A stretch of DNA of 64,000 bases from a bacterium. Its GTDB lineage: Bacteria; SAR324; NAC60-12. The notes beneath the pieces are model-generated. The model did not search any database. It saw only the letters and a program-made list of their open reading frames with translations, and was not told where the DNA came from. Positions 59,331 to 64,000 of this stretch are shown here, piece after piece. The stretch lies in the NCBI GenBank assembly GCA_965205865.1, contig CBDBHR010000028.1, positions 277,600 to 341,599 of the forward strand, read 5' to 3'. Both the position numbers and the translations under genes were made by a program. How positions within the stretch are numbered: position 1 is the stretch's first letter; each line of letters opens with the position of its first letter.

Positions 59331-61154
59331 CCGAAAAGGGTTTCGAAAATAGTAAATGTAACCAATTTGATTCTATTTGATTCTCTATTTGATTCAATAT
59401 GACGAGAAAACGATTTTTTTGTTTTTTATTCGCCCACAGCACAGTTTTTATAGGGAAAAAATCTTTTTTGGACATACTTTCCTCGCCCCTGCTCATATTT
59501 CACACTCCCCCATTGAATATTCAGGCCGCTTGTTTGAGTTGTCTTTTTTTCAACTCAATCATTTTGCAAAAATTATAGGTTAATGCTTTTTCCAGCAACT
59601 CTGCCCGAACGTTTTCAATCCCTCTGCGCATAACTTGTCCGAAATGGAAACGATGCTTAAGATGAAACATCAACGACTCTGCAGCAGATCTTCCATTTCG
59701 TGATTCCAAATAGATTTCACTTTCCCATTCTTCAATCGGGGTCATCTTTTTTCCCTTTGCCCCACTAATACTAAAAACCTTAACGCCTTTGCCCATCCAC
59801 TTTTCTCTGATCGCCTGATTGGCATATCCATCATCAAGGCTCACTTCAGAGGGAATGGTGATGGTGCATCGCAAATGTTCAACAAGGGCAGGGTCGAGTT
59901 GCCCTGAATCAGCAGCATTGCCCTCCGGAGTAATTAACACGGAAATAAAACCATTTCCGCTCCTTCCTAATTGAGGCTTATATCCGATAAGCGCTTCTCG
60001 ATCTCCCTTTTGAATATAAGCCGAGCTCTGATCGGAAAGACTCAATACTTTCTCAGTAGAAGGAACCTTCTTTTCTTCAAAAACTCTTTGATGACAGTAG
60101 ATGATTACCCGTTGCAAATTAGAAATATCTTCATTCATCATTTCAATGAGGCGAATCAAACGCGTTTTCCGAGAAGGGGGGAGAAGAGCTTTTTGGGCAC
60201 GGATATCCACCTTTGCCATTTCTTTTAAAAATTTCCCATGAGCGCTTTGAGCTTTCTTCAATAGGGTTTTGTAATGTTTTTTTCGCTTCGTTTTACTGTC
60301 CTTTTTACCTGTCTCAAAAGCCATCATCTTAGAGAGCTTATTCATCTCCTTGATGAGGAAATCAAAATTTCTTTCACTGATCTCAGCGATTCCAAATGTA
60401 TCAAGGGAACGCCCTCGATGGTAGCTTCGCTCCACGAGACGAGTCAATATCGACGAATCAGTAGGCCAAGCTGTATTTCCTTTTACAGAGGTGCTATCCA
60501 GTTTTAAAATATCAAAATCGTCCAACTCTTCATCGAGAACCATTCGAATTTGAGCATCGAAAATAAACTGTCTGCTCTCGTTGCTGACAGCATTGACATT
60601 ATCAAGGATTGTACTCGCTCCCGGCATTTTCAATCCACGGTTGAGCAGAAGCAGATGCAGTGTGATTGACTCTGAAAGAAATATTTGGGCCGTTTGGGAT
60701 TTGATACTTCCTAAATATCCCCGAATCATCATAAAAAGGTAGACTAAAAAAGCCGACATCCGAGGACACCCTATTTCCAGCCTCAGTTCTTCCGGCTTCA
60801 ATTCCTCATCTTCTACGGGAAGATGAGGAAGCCATGGATTCCGGGCTTCCTGCCATCGTTTATCCTCTAAACGCTCTTTCTTTTTATTTCTTGCGTATTT
60901 CTCCAAATCCTGTTCAATTTTGTCCAATATCTCCGGCTCTCGCTCAGACAATTGATCAAGTTCTGATAAGAAATTTTCAAATTCTGTATCAGGAGCGCTT
61001 AAAATAAGATGTTTTTCTGCTCGAATGAATGGTTTCATTTTGGGTGCCATAATTCTTAATATTGAAGTTATTCACAGTTATTTCAATGAATTATGGCACT
61101 TTTTAACCTCAAGTTTAAAGATATAATTCTAAAAAATACCTTTTCGGCTAGGAT
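59323..61154 (-). mobile_element. IS copy 2 (1.83 kb), intact; DDE transposase of IS4 superfamily (IS1634-like?)
   Basis: TIRs GACCCTAGCCGAAAAGG / GATCCTAGCCGAAAAGG(rc). The transposase CDS 59521-61050 (509 aa) carries candidate DDE-K residues (LKLDSTSV; SLDDGYANQ; RSAAESLMFHLK). TAGCTA sits on both sides. Confidence 0.75.
59521..61050 (-). CDS. DDE transposase (509 aa)
   Basis: Intact ORF, 100% identical to 61360-62889 apart from one substitution (I15F). Motifs as listed for IS copy 2 (59323-61154). Confidence 0.8.
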   Translation of the reverse strand: MAPKMKPFIRAEKHLILSAPDTEFENFLSELDQLSEREPEILDKIEQDLEKYARNKKKERLEDKRWQEARNPWLPHLPVEDEELKPEELRLEIGCPRMSAFLVYLFMMIRGYLGSIKSQTAQIFLSESITLHLLLLNRGLKMPGASTILDNVNAVSNESRQFIFDAQIRMVLDEELDDFDILKLDSTSVKGNTAWPTDSSILTRLVERSYHRGRSLDTFGIAEISERNFDFLIKEMNKLSKMMAFETGKKDSKTKRKKHYKTLLKKAQSAHGKFLKEMAKVDIRAQKALLPPSRKTRLIRLIEMMNEDISNLQRVIIYCHQRVFEEKKVPSTEKVLSLSDQSSAYIQKGDREALIGYKPQLGRSGNGFISVLITPEGNAADSGQLDPALVEHLRCTITIPSEVSLDDGYANQAIREKWMGKGVKVFSISGAKGKKMTPIEEWESEIYLESRNGRSAAESLMFHLKHRFHFGQVMRRGIENVRAELLEKALTYNFCKMIELKKRQLKQAA

Positions 61155-61160
61155 CTAGCT

Positions 61161-62994
61161 AGACCCTAGCCGAAAAGGGTTTCGAAAATAGTAAATGTAA
61201 CCAATTTGATTCTATTTGATTCTCTATTTGATTCAATATGACGAGAAAACGATTTTTTTGTTTTTTATTCGCCCACAGCACAGTTTTTATAGGGAAAAAA
61301 TCTTTTTTGGACATACTTTCCTCGCTCCTGCTCATATTTCACACTCCCCCATTGAATATTCAGGCCGCTTGTTTGAGTTGTCTTTTTTTCAACTCAATCA
61401 TTTTGCAAAAATTATAGGTTAATGCTTTTTCCAGCAACTCTGCCCGAACGTTTTCAATCCCTCTGCGCATAACTTGTCCGAAATGGAAACGATGCTTAAG
61501 ATGAAACATCAACGACTCTGCAGCAGATCTTCCATTTCGTGATTCCAAATAGATTTCACTTTCCCATTCTTCAATCGGGGTCATCTTTTTTCCCTTTGCC
61601 CCACTAATACTAAAAACCTTAACGCCTTTGCCCATCCACTTTTCTCTGATCGCCTGATTGGCATATCCATCATCAAGGCTCACTTCAGAGGGAATGGTGA
61701 TGGTGCATCGCAAATGTTCAACAAGGGCAGGGTCGAGTTGCCCTGAATCAGCAGCATTGCCCTCCGGAGTAATTAACACGGAAATAAAACCATTTCCGCT
61801 CCTTCCTAATTGAGGCTTATATCCGATAAGCGCTTCTCGATCTCCCTTTTGAATATAAGCCGAGCTCTGATCGGAAAGACTCAATACTTTCTCAGTAGAA
61901 GGAACCTTCTTTTCTTCAAAAACTCTTTGATGACAGTAGATGATTACCCGTTGCAAATTAGAAATATCTTCATTCATCATTTCAATGAGGCGAATCAAAC
62001 GCGTTTTCCGAGAAGGGGGGAGAAGAGCTTTTTGGGCACGGATATCCACCTTTGCCATTTCTTTTAAAAATTTCCCATGAGCGCTTTGAGCTTTCTTCAA
62101 TAGGGTTTTGTAATGTTTTTTTCGCTTCGTTTTACTGTCCTTTTTACCTGTCTCAAAAGCCATCATCTTAGAGAGCTTATTCATCTCCTTGATGAGGAAA
62201 TCAAAATTTCTTTCACTGATCTCAGCGATTCCAAATGTATCAAGGGAACGCCCTCGATGGTAGCTTCGCTCCACGAGACGAGTCAATATCGACGAATCAG
62301 TAGGCCAAGCTGTATTTCCTTTTACAGAGGTGCTATCCAGTTTTAAAATATCAAAATCGTCCAACTCTTCATCGAGAACCATTCGAATTTGAGCATCGAA
62401 AATAAACTGTCTGCTCTCGTTGCTGACAGCATTGACATTATCAAGGATTGTACTCGCTCCCGGCATTTTCAATCCACGGTTGAGCAGAAGCAGATGCAGT
62501 GTGATTGACTCTGAAAGAAATATTTGGGCCGTTTGGGATTTGATACTTCCTAAATATCCCCGAATCATCATAAAAAGGTAGACTAAAAAAGCCGACATCC
62601 GAGGACACCCTATTTCCAGCCTCAGTTCTTCCGGCTTCAATTCCTCATCTTCCACGGGAAGATGAGGAAGCCATGGATTCCGGGCTTCCTGCCATCGTTT
62701 ATCCTCTAAACGCTCTTTCTTTTTATTTCTTGCGTATTTCTCCAAATCCTGTTCAATTTTGTCCAATATCTCCGGCTCTCGCTCAGACAATTGATCAAGT
62801 TCTGATAAGAAATTTTCAAATTCTGTATCAGGAGCGCTTAAAAAAAGATGTTTTTCTGCTCGAATGAATGGTTTCATTTTGGGTGCCATAATTCTTAATA
62901 TTGAAGTTATTCACAGTGATTTCAATGAATTATGGCACTTTTTAACCTCAAGTTTAAAGATATAATTCTAAAAAATACCTTTTCGGCTAGGATC
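61161..62994 (-). mobile_element. IS copy 3, intact, in direct tandem with copy 2 (6-bp TAGCTA spacer)
   Basis: Identical TIRs. The right flank is GAGCTA. It truncates an upstream-facing gene whose 3' remnant (...HFAADYMLDWHYREFDEHQRLVVNAAVEKHYGLNPGS*) lies at 62998-63111. Confidence 0.75.
61360..62889 (-). CDS. DDE transposase (509 aa), second identical copy
   Basis: Same as 59521-61050. Confidence 0.8.
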   Translation of the reverse strand: MAPKMKPFIRAEKHLFLSAPDTEFENFLSELDQLSEREPEILDKIEQDLEKYARNKKKERLEDKRWQEARNPWLPHLPVEDEELKPEELRLEIGCPRMSAFLVYLFMMIRGYLGSIKSQTAQIFLSESITLHLLLLNRGLKMPGASTILDNVNAVSNESRQFIFDAQIRMVLDEELDDFDILKLDSTSVKGNTAWPTDSSILTRLVERSYHRGRSLDTFGIAEISERNFDFLIKEMNKLSKMMAFETGKKDSKTKRKKHYKTLLKKAQSAHGKFLKEMAKVDIRAQKALLPPSRKTRLIRLIEMMNEDISNLQRVIIYCHQRVFEEKKVPSTEKVLSLSDQSSAYIQKGDREALIGYKPQLGRSGNGFISVLITPEGNAADSGQLDPALVEHLRCTITIPSEVSLDDGYANQAIREKWMGKGVKVFSISGAKGKKMTPIEEWESEIYLESRNGRSAAESLMFHLKHRFHFGQVMRRGIENVRAELLEKALTYNFCKMIELKKRQLKQAA

Positions 62995-63164
62995 GAGCTA
63001 TTCCTGTTCATTTTGCAGCCGATTATATGTTGGATTGGCATTACCGGGAATTCGATGAACATCAACGTCTGGTCGTTAATGCGGCAGTTGAAAAACACTA
63101 TGGCTTGAACCCCGGATCATAGTTCAACACTGACTCGTGATCATACCTTTACCCTGAAACGGGG

Positions 63165-63931
63165 ACAGGCCGTGCGCCAGGAAAGCTGGCAAGAAATAGA
63201 GAGTGAAAGTCTCTTACTCGGTAAGGCAGTAACGACCCGCCGAGTCCCCGAGTCATGAGTGGTTATTCGCAAGGATAGGCGCTAAGCGTTGACAGGGGAG
63301 AACATAGGCTCGGTATTGAGCTCCGAAATCATAGTTTCAGGCGCTGACCTTGTGGTCTGGTGGGGAAGGCAATATCAACCGAAGGCGTTAGCGTGAGTCT
63401 CGGCTGAGCCTGGCGCAGTCAAAGACCCGGTGCATGTGTGGAAGTTTCTTGATCGGAACCTGGGAGATCCTGAAGACGACTGTCAACATTCTATTGGTAG
63501 TCGGATCGGGAAAATTAATAAATAACCCCGATATCTACGTCTTCAGGAAGTCGGACAAGTTCGTAGTAGCGATGAAGCGGCGAACAATGAGATCATTTGC
63601 AGAGAGTAACAATGCAAAGGAAATCAACGGAGCCTGTGGAGCAAAAGGACTTGGCTGAGAGGAATTCTGCTTGCCCTCCTGTGTTCGGAACTCAGAGGCC
63701 GGTAAAATCAGAGAGCGGTTTAAGCAGGGTGCGCCAAACGGCAACGTTTGAGCGTCTGACTCGAAGCAGGAGCCGGATGCGTTAGCAGCGCACGTCCGGA
63801 TCTGTACCGGAGGAATGACGAAAGGTGGCTGGAAACCACTATAAGTCAGTTTTTTACGGTGACTTTGATTAAATGAAAAGGGAGCAAAAAAATTGGACTC
63901 GTTCCTAATCAAATAATCAATGGCCTGACCC
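63165..63931 (+). mobile_element. ~770-bp group-II-intron-like repeat, copy E
   Basis: Full-length copy with the same orientation and termini (..ACAGGCC|GUGCGCC ... AAUGGCCUGACC). Confidence 0.5.
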
Positions 63932-64000
63932 CCTTCCAAGTTCGTGAAAGTTTGGGTCAAATATTTTCTCATCTTTTCGATCAGAAGGAAAAGATGAAGA

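Overview
The window reads as a Gram-negative chromosome of roughly 45-50% GC. It has two parts.

Positions 1-44.2 kb are mostly core genes:
- a partial GIY-YIG gene and three T2SS-type pseudopilins (GspH/I/J-like)
- ppiD
- a five-gene peptide/opine-type ABC importer (permease, permease, SBP, ATPase, ATPase)
- an acyl-CoA carboxyltransferase, citrate synthase and gltX
- a secreted FGE-sulfatase-domain protein carrying near-perfect 171-bp acidic tandem repeats
- waaA (Kdo transferase), bactofilin, a macro-domain protein, tRNA-Thr, a yicC-family gene, a CMP-kinase-like gene and tRNA-Pro
- a PDZ (GspC-like) protein
- a response-regulator receiver domain fused to a catalytically intact LpxC, translationally coupled to nusB
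- a 1514-aa single-chain AccA-AccD-AccC-BCCP carboxylase
- an AI-2E transporter, a ferritin-like protein and leuA

Positions 37.8-41.5 kb are a GC-rich patch of decayed foreign DNA. It holds a restriction-modification C-terminal remnant, IS256 and IS481 fragments and a DUF3047 gene, bracketed by GTCATYC...GGAWTCC-type hairpin repeats.

Positions 44.2-64 kb are a mobile-element-dense accessory region:
- five same-orientation copies of a ~770-bp non-coding repeat that starts GUGCG and carries a domain-V-like hairpin, so it is an ORF-less group-II-intron-like element
- one of those copies is split by a second ~905-bp group II intron with a textbook domain V and a reverse-transcriptase N-terminal remnant (nested, twintron-like)
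- an intact IS5/IS427-group IS with an A8 frameshift site, and an IS1595 fragment
- three copies of a 1.83-kb IS encoding a 509-aa DDE transposase; two identical copies sit in tandem separated only by TAGCTA, and one copy is degraded
- an SNase-like nuclease, a RAYT fragment with a REP hairpin, a Panacea-domain antitoxin with a putative toxin, and AT-rich orphan genes

Several genes are truncated by these insertions.
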